A stretch of 62,803 bases of DNA, filler included, from Craspedostauros australis (lineage: Eukaryota), in NCBI GenBank assembly GCA_030167865.1. It is 3 parts of 3 records of this genome, joined end to end, with 100 filler letters (N's around TTAATTAATTAA, not from the genome) between each part and the next. Parts side by side here need not be neighbours in the genome. Positions count along the whole stretch, not along the records: positions 1 to 29,539 come from JALAGF010003764.1; 2 more parts are not named here. One strand, 5' to 3'. The translations under genes were made by a program, and so were the position numbers. The notes under the pieces were generated by a model. The model worked only from the letters and a program-made list of their open reading frames with translations. It was not told the origin of the DNA and ran no database searches. Below, piece by piece: positions 1 to 11,124 of this stretch (its first letter is position 1; the number at the start of each line of letters is the position of its first letter).

Positions 1-176
1 ATGTACAGCATCACGCCGGCAGCCGCTCCAAGGGAAATGGCCAACGTCTTGCGATTGGCAAGGGAGACCAGCTTGGGTGAGAAGACGACGCCAGCACCGA
101 TGGCGGTCACCAACCCGGCGGCAATCACAAGGATGAATGCAACTGCGGTCTCATCGTCTTCCAATCTGCCTCCCAT
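1..176 (-). CDS. ZIP (ZupT/GufA-like) zinc/iron transporter, 5' fragment truncated at contig end
   Basis: Reverse complement of 29364-29539. Encodes MGGRLEDDETAVAFILVIAAGLVTAIGAGVVF...LAISLGAAAGVMLY, matching the ZupT-type TM1-TM2 pattern (AGxxTxxG...AGVMxY). Confidence 0.8.
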   Translation of the reverse strand, partial: MGGRLEDDETAVAFILVIAAGLVTAIGAGVVFSPKLVSLANRKTLAISLGAAAGVMLY

Positions 177-830
177 GATGATGTTTCGTTGGTGTCAAGG
201 GTTGTTTTGAGTTGCTTTGCTTTGTTGTTTGTGTGAGGTTGCATTTTATGAAACGATGTGGTGTTGTTTCGGATCCAAGAGAATGGTCGTGCCACACATG
301 CGGGTGCTTTGCCCACACACCCATTGCTCCAGAGTTCGGGCTGGTTGCATTGGGTGGCGACAACGGGGTACCTCTGTGATGCATCGATGTATCGTGGACC
401 CCGCCCTTTGGCGGAACAATCCCGAACTTGCACGCGATGGGTGGGCAACATCAGCCATCGAGATGTGCCAATGAAGTCACACATGGATACCTATTCATGG
501 GAACCTCTTCTGTGGCTATTGAGAAGAGCCACAACCTATGTTTGAGGACTGGAGTGGTGCAAAGGGAACCAGCACGCACCCAAACCATGACAGATCGGTT
601 TCGCCTGCCACCACCCACCGGCGCAAACCGATGGCACGTCTCATAGTACTCTGGGTACACGTGAGTGTTGGCTATTTGTGACCAAATCGACAATGGGAAG
701 TGGAATCGAACATTGATCTCAGGCATACTCTGATGCTGGAGTTGTCACCGCATCCATGGCATCTTGCGGCGCGACTCTCCTTGGCTCCACACTCTGCTGA
801 CGCTGGTGCTCTGTTCCGTTCGTTGTTCGC
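1..830. repeat. Left arm of long inverted repeat (partner ~28690-29539)
   Basis: 1-492 read as identical to the reverse complement of 29048-29539. First mismatch is at 493, and similarity then decays to ~830. Confidence 0.95.
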
Positions 831-1285
831 CTCCAGCATCTCGTTCTTCCTCTGGTGGATTTCTGCCGTTCACGTTTCTTGTGGCGCGACGGCACTCCGT
901 TGAAAACCGGATACGGAATCTATTTATACACGACTGAGCCAGTGCAGTGAAATGGACACAGAACAAGTTCACACTAGAGTACGATTGATGAAGAAACTGA
1001 AGTTGAAGTTCCAGATTCCATGATCTTCGCTTCGTCACCAAAACAACAACAACAGCTCGTTCGGACGCCAAAGCCATCAACAAGGCTGATGGAAGAGACA
1101 GCTCCCACGAGAAAGAACACCCAGAGCACCACACTCCACCATGCTGCAGTCGGAACAATACATACCTACAATACTCCTCCTGCAGTCCATCACACCAAGA
1201 TCCATACGCGTACAATACTATCTAAGAAATACCCATTCGTCCACTGCAGCCCATTTGCGGCACTTCGCCATCACTTCCGAGGAAG

Positions 1286-2413
1286 ATGAAGAACTCCATG
1301 AGATCGTCGAATGTGGCATTGTTCCTCTCATTCGTTGGAATCTTGTTGTTCAACCAGATCGATGATGCGTCTTGTTTCGTTTCAGACTCTCGCATCGTCA
1401 CAAGAACGGCAGGATTCTGCATTCATTCTGCAGTCTTCGCGCCAAGGACGACAACGACGACAACGACAACAACGACAACAACGACGACAGCGAGGAGGAG
1501 TTCGATGCCAGCCACGCAATCGGCGAACGCATCGCGCTCAATCAATCGCTCCCCACCAACTCCAGACGCAACATTGCTGCCACTGCCCTCACCGGTTCGA
1601 GTGCCGCATGTATCAGAACCATCATCGCCATCGAGATCAACCCCAACAACAACGGATGCCATGCCGAAAGCGGCTCTACGACCGAGTGATGACGGAGGGA
1701 AAGAACCATTGCGCACGAATATGATGAATAACACGGCGCTGCCATCTGCCGACTCTGTGGCGCCCGCAAACTCCAGATCAGGAACAGCAGCCGTTCCCCG
1801 CACAATCCACCAAGCGGTTCGGACCTTCTTCTTCAGCGGAGACTTCGGGCCGTCCATCGTTGTGGTTGCGCTGGCTGGAATCGTCGTCAATCGACTCACG
1901 CTGATGGTTGGCCAGCCCCCAGCAATGGCCGACATTCCAGCACCAATATCTGCGGCGGACATCGCCGTGTTCGTGGCGAGCATCTTATTCTGGTGGGTCC
2001 AGGAACACGCGCTGCACCAGCATGTGCTGCATTCCAAAGCTGATTGGATCGGCAAGCAGATCCATCAGGAACACCACGATCTCCCGTACCACCACGTGAG
2101 CATCGATCCGGCCTGGATGCTGCTGTCATGGTTGGGCATTGCGCATCTCGTGCTGCGTTGCGTTCTGCCGCTGCCGTTGGCGTTGTCTGCGACGCTGGGT
2201 TACGCCGGCGCCGGGTTGTTCTACGAATGGGCGCATTACATCGTCCACACGCGGGTGCCGATGCGCAGCAAGTTCTGGAAGCAGGTGCGGGACAATCACA
2301 TCCGTCACCACAAGGTGAATTCCGACTACTGGTTTGCATTCTCGCTGCCCATCATGGACGATTGGTTTGGGACGAATCCATCGCTGTCGCACGCCCGTGA
2401 GACGAGACGATGA
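1286..2413 (+). CDS. Fatty acid hydroxylase superfamily protein, probably plastid-targeted
   Basis: Histidine boxes EHALHQHVLH, HQEHH, EWAHYIVH and HIRHH between hydrophobic segments. N-terminal signal peptide ending ASC-F. Confidence 0.85.
   Translation: MKNSMRSSNVALFLSFVGILLFNQIDDASCFVSDSRIVTRTAGFCIHSAVFAPRTTTTTTTTTTTTTTARRSSMPATQSANASRSINRSPPTPDATLLPLPSPVRVPHVSEPSSPSRSTPTTTDAMPKAALRPSDDGGKEPLRTNMMNNTALPSADSVAPANSRSGTAAVPRTIHQAVRTFFFSGDFGPSIVVVALAGIVVNRLTLMVGQPPAMADIPAPISAADIAVFVASILFWWVQEHALHQHVLHSKADWIGKQIHQEHHDLPYHHVSIDPAWMLLSWLGIAHLVLRCVLPLPLALSATLGYAGAGLFYEWAHYIVHTRVPMRSKFWKQVRDNHIRHHKVNSDYWFAFSLPIMDDWFGTNPSLSHARETRR
1449..1490 (+). repeat. (ACN)n trinucleotide run encoding poly-Thr
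   Basis: acgacaacgacgacaacgacaacaacgacaacaacgacgaca within the N-terminal extension. Confidence 0.8.
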
Positions 2414-3589
2414 GTCCGCAACCGCGGTGATGGTGGAGTAGAACTTGGTGTGGTATCGTGAATACGATTACATTATTCTATTATATTGTATTCTATATTA
2501 TTGTACTTAATATTATACTTGAGGCTCCCTGCATGCAATCTCTGTGTTAGGCATTGAAGTATGCGCAGATACTGTTGGAAAGGATAAGAAGAAAGGGAGA
2601 GATGGATTGGATGAAAGTGCGAATGATGCAGAAGACCGGTGCTCCACTCTGCTGTGAGGATCATGATCAGCTGGAGATCTTGCTTCGGAGGGGAAGCATG
2701 TCACCGTCTGTCATGCACACCGCAAGCTGAACCCGGACTCGTGACAGTCGCGATCATTTGCTGCATTCGTTGGATCAGAAATCCCCACGATGGATAAATG
2801 TTTCTGTTCCAGAACCTCTTTTTAACCGCACTTGTGGCTTTCGCATAAATGTAAAGCTCCGAAAACAGATTTAGCCTCCATTCGGATAAATATGAACTGC
2901 CTTGTGTTCCTAAGAGCTCGTCTGAGTGCCGCGACGGGGATCAAACTTTCGCCTCTACCCACAACACGCGGCGACGCAACGAGAACAAGGAAACACCAAA
3001 AGACGACAACGCCAAACCAAACAATGGTGCACAACAGCAACGACACGAAAGAAACGACAAACAGCCACCGACGCATCAGCTCGCCCAGTCACACACAGAG
3101 CGAAACAGATGCGTCCCTGGCCCGTACGTGCACAAGTGGCAGCCTGGACTTCGCGGCACGCATGTCAGTGAGGCAGCAGATACGCGGAAAACGTAGAAAT
3201 AGGAACATTTACATCACCCGAAGCCTCAGCGCTCCTCTTCACGAGTCTGCAGTCAAAGGTCGCATCACTCCGACCAGCACGACGACACCGACATTCCCAC
3301 CAACATCGTTCGCATACCAGGACCAGCAGCAGTGGCAGCAGAACGATCAATCATCTGAAGACTCCAGGTTGTCACTTGGTGGATGCAACAGCAAGAAACG
3401 CCACAGTTCCAGTCCCAAGCACAATCCATTTCCTGCACGCTGCGGTGGTCTCGACGCTGATCGACATCTCCACCAGTTGGCGTCAATCCGGTCGCTACCA
3501 AACACCGCGGTCAACACCGGCGATACCCCATACTCGCACCCCATACTCTGACTCTTACGGCCTACTCGAACTTGTACTCGCATCAACCG

Positions 3590-5404
3590 ATGCAGTCCAA
3601 TCCCATCCAATCCACCATGAGGCCCAACACGCCAACGACCGAGGTCTCGGCATCGTCATGGAACTCAAAGACGCTGCCAACGCCGCTGTCCGCCACGTCG
3701 CTCGATGATGAAGGGTCGTCGTCGTCGTCCTACTCCACTGGCATGGCGGCCACCGTCGTCACCGCCGCCACAGCAAGCGTGTCCCACCGACCTGCGAAGA
3801 GGCAAAACACGTCCACGATCGTGTCCATGCGCGGCAGCCACGATGCCACCTACGCCTTCATCGAGGACCACCCTCACTTCCGATCCAACGATGGCGCTCC
3901 TGACGGCGCATGCAGCGACGGATGCTTCGTCTCCGAGACACCATCACCACCGATCAGGTATCGCAAGCGAACTCCCAAAGCGACGGAAGCTCATGCGTCG
4001 GCGGTCCCTTCATCGTCGCCACCATCGTCATCTTCCACCGTGTCACTGGCATCAAACGACGATGCGCCCAAGCGACATTGGGAAGGCGAGCACATGCTGG
4101 CCAAGGAGATGGAGTCGCTCTCCCTCGTCGAACGCGAGAGCGTCTACGAGGACATTCACGGGGTCAAGCAGCATCCCACAGAAACGCCGGAGTTCCAGCA
4201 GAGAATGATCAAAGAGCTGAAGGAGGAGATCCAGAACGTCCGCAAGAAGGAGGCCTACAGCAAGGCCCTGTTCCTGTCGCCCAAGATGGTTCAGAGCGAC
4301 ATCCTCCATCTTGGCGTTCTGCGAGGCGCGCAATGGAACGCGCATGTGGCCGCCAAGCTCCTCGTCCAAGTCTTCGAGCTCAAGCTCAGGCTCTTCGGAC
4401 AAGACCACATGGTGCTTCCGATTACGTGGGATGACTTGACGCCGGCCGCCCAGCGGTCCTTGAACGAAGGCGCGATTGTGCGCAGCACGAGCGGCGTCGA
4501 CAGCACAGGGCCGCGGGCGGTGACGGAAGACTCGGTGGGGCGCAAGATCGAGGTCATGAACCTGGCCAGCTTTCATTTCGAGTCGGCCCTCTCCCTCCTG
4601 CAGGCTATTTGGTACATGAACGAGGTGGATCCATCGCACGCGCAGATCTCATCCAAGAAGGGTCTCGTCACCATCTTGAACACCGTCGGCGCCTCCACGT
4701 CGCAGCTGTATCAGCTGGTCGATTCGCACAAGAAGCTCAAGAAATGGAACTACAGCAACAAGCCGCTGCACATGGCCAGCTACCACATCTGCTTCGCCAA
4801 CCCGGCCTTGCGACCGGTCCTCAACGGGCTCCTCATGGCGATGCCCAAGAACACCAGACTGCGCACCAAGTTCCACTTTGGCTCATCCATGGAGTGCATG
4901 TACTCCATGGTCCCATACGGCATCCCTGCCAGCTCCCTCATTCCGTTCGATCACGGCGACGCATCCGACGACGAATCCTGCGACAGCGAATCCAGCGCGA
5001 GCAATACCAGAAACGCTTGGTTCCGAAAACAAGTCCAGCTTCTGCGCAGCAAGGAGTCCGTCCTGGTCGACGTCATCAAGTCGCAGATGCCGCCCAACAC
5101 CATCCTCTTCCCGCTCAAGGACGACATCGTCCTGGGCCGCGGCAAGCCGTACCAATCCTTCCCCGGCAACCTCAAGTTCGTCGAGATCCTCGAAGACTAC
5201 AAGGATGTCTACCACCACTGCAAGTCGCGAACGGACAAGACGTCGCTGTCTTCCAAACTCCTCAAGGTCATCAAGGATCGCGGCATGCGATTTTTGCAAC
5301 GCCATGGGCAGAGCGATGGCATGTACTGGGAGGAAGTTACGGACGAAGTGGCGCGACAGAAGATCACGATGAGTTTGCGCAATCTGTATCGCAAGCCGCA
5401 GTAG
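3590..5404 (+). CDS. Diatom-type DUF6824 domain protein with CRAL-TRIO-like middle region
   Basis: LAKEMESLSLVERESVYEDIHG N-motif, RLRTKFHFGSSMECMYSMVPYGIP, and C-terminal DDIVLGRGKPYQSFPGNLKF...RFL...WEEVTDEVARQKITMSLR. Start (3590 or 3617) uncertain. Confidence 0.8.
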   Translation: MQSNPIQSTMRPNTPTTEVSASSWNSKTLPTPLSATSLDDEGSSSSSYSTGMAATVVTAATASVSHRPAKRQNTSTIVSMRGSHDATYAFIEDHPHFRSNDGAPDGACSDGCFVSETPSPPIRYRKRTPKATEAHASAVPSSSPPSSSSTVSLASNDDAPKRHWEGEHMLAKEMESLSLVERESVYEDIHGVKQHPTETPEFQQRMIKELKEEIQNVRKKEAYSKALFLSPKMVQSDILHLGVLRGAQWNAHVAAKLLVQVFELKLRLFGQDHMVLPITWDDLTPAAQRSLNEGAIVRSTSGVDSTGPRAVTEDSVGRKIEVMNLASFHFESALSLLQAIWYMNEVDPSHAQISSKKGLVTILNTVGASTSQLYQLVDSHKKLKKWNYSNKPLHMASYHICFANPALRPVLNGLLMAMPKNTRLRTKFHFGSSMECMYSMVPYGIPASSLIPFDHGDASDDESCDSESSASNTRNAWFRKQVQLLRSKESVLVDVIKSQMPPNTILFPLKDDIVLGRGKPYQSFPGNLKFVEILEDYKDVYHHCKSRTDKTSLSSKLLKVIKDRGMRFLQRHGQSDGMYWEEVTDEVARQKITMSLRNLYRKPQ

Positions 5405-5836
5405 AGTAGGGATCCTACAGTTTATAATGCTACTGACTACATGTTCGATCGATTGCTTGATTTTCAACGCGGTTTTGGGATGGTGAAAGGATCGGTTGTG
5501 TGAGAATCAGTGAAGTGCATGATATTATATTGTGGAAGAGGCGGATGGAGTACTGCATAGTAGAGTGTGGTAGGACCAGCACGACTACGACTATGAGTCC
5601 TCGTAGTCTCCGGAATACGGACGATTCCAAGTTGCTGGTGTGCGTCCGTTGATGTTGGCCATCCTTGCTCCTCGACCGTTGCCTTGGCCGTCTGCGCCGC
5701 ACTTGTTCATGCCAAGGGAGGCATCCACGCACAATAGAGATGTGATCAACGATCGTTCGACTTCGGATACCACTTGCAGAGCACGACTACTGATGATCCA
5801 CCACTAGATACCCTCTCTGGAATGTGATGTGAAAGT

Positions 5837-6934
5837 ATGGCAACGATAAATCATGAGGATATTGCTGCTGATGGACGTATGCTGCTCCAATCAGACACAG
5901 CGGCAGCACTGCCAGCCGCAACGACACGATACGTGTTCATCGTGGAATACGACGGAACGCGGTTCATCGGTTTCCAACTTCAGCAGGAGGACGACCGTGG
6001 TCGCCAATCCACGGCGACAGAATCCAGCAACCCCCCATTCAAAAAGGTGCGACAAGTCACGAAGGGCGGGCAAGTCAAGAAGGAGAAGATCACCATCCAG
6101 CAATGCCTGGAGAGCGCCATGATCCAATACTCTGACACTCTGCTTCAATCCGCGACGAAAACAACACGCTACGATCTGCAATTCAGGTTTGCCGGTCGAA
6201 CCGATTCCGGCGTTCATGCAAGGGGTCAAGTCGTCGTGGCGACGTTGCCAACATCGGGCGAACGCAACGGCATGGACGATGCACAGATCCAGCAGCAGGC
6301 ATCGTGCTGCTGGTGGATCCAAAAGGCCATCAACTCGCGCTTGCCGGCTGATATTTCCATCCGACATGTGCGTCGCGTTCCGCATCCCGACTTCGATCCT
6401 CGTCAGGACGTGACACGCAAACGGTACTCCTACACGATCAAGTATCGTCGACGCAGTTGCACTCAGAGCGGTATCGTTGATTCCGGTCCCAACACGATCC
6501 GCGGCGCGTTGGATCCTGCCATCCTTTGGGTCTGCCCGTGGGCGTTGGAGGATTCCAAGCTGTCGGAATGGTGCCAGCGTCTGGCGGGTGAGCATGAGTA
6601 CAGCGCATTCGTTCACAAAGACGATCGTCGCAAACGCAGCAACGTGATGCGGATCGATTCCATCATGCCGGTCGTTGCGATGGATCATCAAGTGGCGGTG
6701 AACAGCAATCCCGTGGTGATGATGCAGTTTCTGGTGGAAGGCAAGGGCTTCCGACGTTGCATGGTGCGGTATCTCATCGGATTCCTTGTCGATCTGTGCC
6801 GAGGCAAGCTGGAGGAGTCCGTTTTTGACACGATCTTCGATGGAACGGATGCATTAGGTCGCATGGTGAATGCAGCGCCCGCAAGTGGTCTGTGCTTGGA
6901 ACATGTGTGGTACGAGTCTGGCAAAGATGAATAA
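5837..6934 (+). CDS. truA: tRNA pseudouridine synthase A family
   Basis: VEYDGTRFIGFQ, catalytic AGRTDSGVHARGQ, GKGFRRCMVR and APASGLCLEHVWY motifs. Confidence 0.92.
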   Translation: MATINHEDIAADGRMLLQSDTAAALPAATTRYVFIVEYDGTRFIGFQLQQEDDRGRQSTATESSNPPFKKVRQVTKGGQVKKEKITIQQCLESAMIQYSDTLLQSATKTTRYDLQFRFAGRTDSGVHARGQVVVATLPTSGERNGMDDAQIQQQASCCWWIQKAINSRLPADISIRHVRRVPHPDFDPRQDVTRKRYSYTIKYRRRSCTQSGIVDSGPNTIRGALDPAILWVCPWALEDSKLSEWCQRLAGEHEYSAFVHKDDRRKRSNVMRIDSIMPVVAMDHQVAVNSNPVVMMQFLVEGKGFRRCMVRYLIGFLVDLCRGKLEESVFDTIFDGTDALGRMVNAAPASGLCLEHVWYESGKDE

Positions 6935-7261
6935 CAATGCCTTCGATGAGGGAGGAGGTAGAATGGGAGATGTGCGCTCGGGTATGGCGCAACAACAGCA
7001 AACATCGTCCTTTACTGTCCTCAACGACCACAGAATGCAAGCTAGATGATTTTGTGACGACAGTTGTAGAGTACAATATGTATGTACTCCACGGTTACTC
7101 TGGAGTTACACTTGAGAATGATGCAATCACCAGCAGGATCGAAGTGAGGACTGTCTCTTCGTATGTATCCGTTCCTTGTGACCACACAGGTATGTATGTT
7201 TCGAGTACGCCACCCTCTCGGTATAGCAGCACCCACACCCTGACTTCGTCGGTGCTGACAT

Positions 7262-10200
7262 CTATGTACGAGTAGTCGGGTCTGAAGCACCGACCTCGAT
7301 GGAAGAGAAGTGCCAATTCTGGCACAGGTTGCTTGGCCAGATCTCGACGAATCCAAAGCTGTCGAAGAATGGGGGGTCTCCCGCGTAGACCTCCGAATTG
7401 GCATCATCGTCCACCCTGGCATAGATGGAGCCACCGACGCTCCCAGTATTTTGCCCAGGCTCTTCCAGCGAACCCCAACACATCGTGATCGTGCCGTTCC
7501 CAAAGATAGTGGCCTGCGCTGTTATTTTGTTGCGAGAGGATGATCCGAAGACCACACTTTCCCAGCCGATTGTCAATCGCGGGTTGTCGGGGTTCGTGGA
7601 GTTGACAAGGACGTACACGTCTCCGAAAAGGGATCTTCTGGTGTTCACGATGGCCCCGAACGACCCGATGCAGCCCGTCCTTGAGCTGCAGACTTCGATG
7701 GACCCGCGGCTGGAGATGATGAAATCATGGAAGGGCGCATGCGACTGATTCAGCCAGTAAACTGGGAAGTCCAAGGAGACTGAATCCACGCAGGTGCCAG
7801 AGCAAGCGGACAACGAACTCAGCTGGTAGGCTCCTGGCTCGTCCCTCAACGGCCTATTGCGGAATTCGTACATGTCGGACAGTTCCAAGTCGATGATGGT
7901 TTCCGATTGATTGTTGTGGCTGCCATCATTGGTTGAGCCAGAACTTGGAGAGCCGGTGCCGCTCAGTTGACTTGGGGTCACCGTTGGGGCGTTGTCAAAA
8001 ATATTGTGCGGTGCGCGGAATTGAAAGTGTTGGCACTGATTGGTCGGCCAGGTCTCCATGGACCCGACGGATGTGAACATTTGTCCAAGTGGATGATACG
8101 AAATTCCGGTGACGTAGTTCGTAATCTTGGATGTCACACTCGTTGTCGATGACATAACAGAGCCTTCGCCCCAACACATCAAGATAGCGCCTGTGGTCGT
8201 GATGGTGAGCTGAGCATTTTTGTATTGTTGCAACGCTGAGTTCGGGCCATCGCTCTCCCAGGATATGGTGATGGAGGCGTTCCGTGGATTGCTGACTCTG
8301 TGCAAGAGATAGACTTCCTCCGGAGCCCGTGAATCGGCCATGCCCAAGTTGAACAAGATGTCGCCGTAGCAGCGGTCGTTCGGCACGCAAATCTGGACGA
8401 ACCCGTCCTCCGATACGATGATCTGCTGCACCTTCGTGGCTGATTGGTTCAGCCAATGAAGGTCGAACTGGAGTTGGACCGTTTCGGAGCAGCCGTCGCA
8501 GGTGGCCGGCCATTGCACTTTCGTGGCGTCGGGATGATTCTTGATGGATTCCATCTGATGCATGTACATCGCGGATTGGATGGTCTCGATTGGATCATTG
8601 ACGGTCGGCGGAGTGGTCGCTCCCAGATCGTCAGTCATGGCGGTTGTTGGAGCGCTTGATGTATTGCCGCCCGCCACCGGGGCAACGCTGGGGCTGCCGA
8701 TATCATGCGGGCTTATTGTGGGCTGGTTCATGGTAGGTTGGCTTGTGGTGATGGTGCTGCTTCTCAGCTCAGAGCTCGAAAGTCGTTGACATGAATCTGA
8801 CGGGAATTGTCCATTTTTGGTCATGCCTTCGCTGTCGAATGAAAAACCCTTGGCTGGGAGCCTGGATTGGTCGACCGTGTCGGAAAGCCCTGCTTGGAAG
8901 CTGTAACCTAAGATCTGACCGCTTCCATAGCAAAGGTCGACGTCACCGTTGGCGTGAAGGTACGTCTGAGCATTGACGAAGGCATCCGTGCTGCCAGCCA
9001 GCCGCAAGTTTTGCCAAGAAACTATGGCATAGTCGGGATAGAGCCGTGCCCAGATGTTGCCACCAAGAGATATATCCAGGTTGGTTGACACAACATCAAT
9101 GACGCCACCATTGGTGAGGAGGATCGCGCCGTCTGTGAGGACATCGACAGTCGATTTCGCGTCGCTTCCCTTCCACATGAAGTTGAAATTTAGTGGCAGT
9201 CGTTCACTGCAACCCAGAGAGCAGCTGGACACAGCGGACAGCCACTGGACACCGGCCCCGCTTTCCGTGATGGCTTTGAATGTTGTAGCCAGAGGGTGTG
9301 GATTGTCGGGGGTTTCTGTCGGAGCTGCGGAAGGCAAGAGAGTCGATGGAGCACGTGTGTCTTCACCACTTGCGTCATCAATAGTAACGTTGGTGATGTC
9401 GCCCTTGCTGTACTGCATGTTGTTGGTGAACACTATGCATTCGTCAGTGGGCCAAGCGCCGTTACGTGTCCTTCCTCCAGTTGTGAAAATGGTGTCAGGC
9501 GTGGGATGGACGATGGTATGTTCGCGGTAATCTTGCATGCTCACCTCGACCGTTTCAAACGGTTGGATTCTGGCCGTACCGTAGCATATCTGAACGTCGC
9601 CTGACTCGAACAAGGTGGCCTGGAATTGGATGGATGTCTCAGGTTCGCCCCGAAGCACCACGTCCTCCCATGATACGATGGTGTGGCTCATGTCAAAAGG
9701 ATTTTGCAATCGGTCATCTGGCAATCTGCGATTGTTGCCATCGCTGTTCTTGGAGGTTGCTGAGACGCTGCTGGAATCTCCATCGTTGTCGGCATTTGTC
9801 GCATTGTTGTGCTTGATCCAGATGTCACCGCCGAGACTAGTGTCCAGATCGACGACTGCAGCGCGGATGATTCCGCACGGGTCTTGGTCGTAGCCTTCGC
9901 ATGTCGGCAGGATAATTTCTCCGTTGCTGGTCACCAGGATCTGATCCACGACTGTGCCGCGTAACATGAAGGGCGATGCCAGCATCACTTGCTGGTTGCA
10001 TTCGTCGCAGTCACTGACCTCGATCAACCTCGAGGCGCCGGGGATTGATGCGATACTTCGGTAGGTAGTCCTACCACTCAACGTGGGAGTTGCAGTGGGA
10101 AGATCTGTGACAGCACTCGGTGGCGTCATTTCCGTTGGGGGGCCCGTGCTGCTCCTGTTGAATTGCCCATCAGCGGTAGGCGAGCTGGTAGCCGCAGACG

Positions 10201-10717
10201 AGTTGTCATTGTTGTTGTCGTTGCTGCTGCTACTGCCGCCGCTGCTGCTCTTTCTTTTGTCGCTGACGAGGAACCCAACGACGACTGCCTGTACCAGGAT
10301 GATCAGAAGGAAGATGCCGCCGGCCGTGTACCAAATACACTTTCGCCTCTTCCTCTGCGCCAGATGTCCTTCCTCAACGACAGCGAGCTTCGCTTCATCC
10401 GTGCCTCCATTCACGCCATCGTCGTACGTATCGGCGACAGAACCAACGTTGGGGTCGGCGTAGGCGACTCGTGCGTCCAAGGGCACGTACTCTCCATCCG
10501 TCTGTCGGCGCTCCAAGGGACTGGCACCTGATCGTGACGTTGGATTCGTCGGTCCCACACCACCGCCAACCCCTCCAGGTTGCACCAAGGTGGCGACGGC
10601 GTCGGTGAGGATCGGCACGCTGCCAGCAGTGCCATTGGCAGTGTCATCAGTAATATCATCGGTGAAGAAGCTGTCGGCGTCTGCGGCGCTCAACGCTGGG
10701 TCGGATGGTTGCTCCAT
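7262..10717 (-). CDS. Type II single-pass membrane protein with four Cys-patterned NIDO-like extracellular repeats
   Basis: 1151-aa uninterrupted ORF. Basic KRRK is followed by one TM (CIWYTAGGIFLLIILVQAVVVGFLV). Four ~190-aa modules are separated by Pro/Thr/Ser linkers. Confidence 0.8.
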   Translation of the reverse strand: MEQPSDPALSAADADSFFTDDITDDTANGTAGSVPILTDAVATLVQPGGVGGGVGPTNPTSRSGASPLERRQTDGEYVPLDARVAYADPNVGSVADTYDDGVNGGTDEAKLAVVEEGHLAQRKRRKCIWYTAGGIFLLIILVQAVVVGFLVSDKRKSSSGGSSSSNDNNNDNSSAATSSPTADGQFNRSSTGPPTEMTPPSAVTDLPTATPTLSGRTTYRSIASIPGASRLIEVSDCDECNQQVMLASPFMLRGTVVDQILVTSNGEIILPTCEGYDQDPCGIIRAAVVDLDTSLGGDIWIKHNNATNADNDGDSSSVSATSKNSDGNNRRLPDDRLQNPFDMSHTIVSWEDVVLRGEPETSIQFQATLFESGDVQICYGTARIQPFETVEVSMQDYREHTIVHPTPDTIFTTGGRTRNGAWPTDECIVFTNNMQYSKGDITNVTIDDASGEDTRAPSTLLPSAAPTETPDNPHPLATTFKAITESGAGVQWLSAVSSCSLGCSERLPLNFNFMWKGSDAKSTVDVLTDGAILLTNGGVIDVVSTNLDISLGGNIWARLYPDYAIVSWQNLRLAGSTDAFVNAQTYLHANGDVDLCYGSGQILGYSFQAGLSDTVDQSRLPAKGFSFDSEGMTKNGQFPSDSCQRLSSSELRSSTITTSQPTMNQPTISPHDIGSPSVAPVAGGNTSSAPTTAMTDDLGATTPPTVNDPIETIQSAMYMHQMESIKNHPDATKVQWPATCDGCSETVQLQFDLHWLNQSATKVQQIIVSEDGFVQICVPNDRCYGDILFNLGMADSRAPEEVYLLHRVSNPRNASITISWESDGPNSALQQYKNAQLTITTTGAILMCWGEGSVMSSTTSVTSKITNYVTGISYHPLGQMFTSVGSMETWPTNQCQHFQFRAPHNIFDNAPTVTPSQLSGTGSPSSGSTNDGSHNNQSETIIDLELSDMYEFRNRPLRDEPGAYQLSSLSACSGTCVDSVSLDFPVYWLNQSHAPFHDFIISSRGSIEVCSSRTGCIGSFGAIVNTRRSLFGDVYVLVNSTNPDNPRLTIGWESVVFGSSSRNKITAQATIFGNGTITMCWGSLEEPGQNTGSVGGSIYARVDDDANSEVYAGDPPFFDSFGFVEIWPSNLCQNWHFSSIEVGASDPTTRT

Positions 10718-11116
10718 GGTCGTTTCTGTACCGCAGGTGGTACATGCGAGTATCTTCGAAAAACACTCCTGAGTTGATTGTTATGTCCGTCTCTGCTTCA
10801 TTCAATGGCACAAACGGAATGCCGGTGTTGGGGTTGGATGTCGAGGCGCTGCGTCCATCCCATCCTCCCCTGCTTCCTCACGAACTGTTGGTGGGAAGCA
10901 TTGGGATCCCATGCTCCCTTCATCTCGATTCTCGGTTGCCTTCATTGTGTGCACACCACGCTTGCGTTTCGTTTCGCGCTGTGGGCTTCACCGGTCAGTC
11001 ATTTTCATTCCCGTCGTCGCGAAGGTCGCGGTTATTTGTGCGGATGATTGAGTCACGTTTCGAAGACCATTCGAGTCACACTTGGGCATTGTGCACATGA
11101 AGCATTGTTTCTTCTG

Positions 11117-11124
11117 TGACGTCA
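11117..11124. promoter_or_regulatory. CRE-type palindrome TGACGTCA in divergent intergenic region
   Basis: Perfect TGACGTCA, followed by a TGACG half-site and preceded by TGAGTCA at ~11049, between divergent genes starting at 10717 and 11441. Confidence 0.35.
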
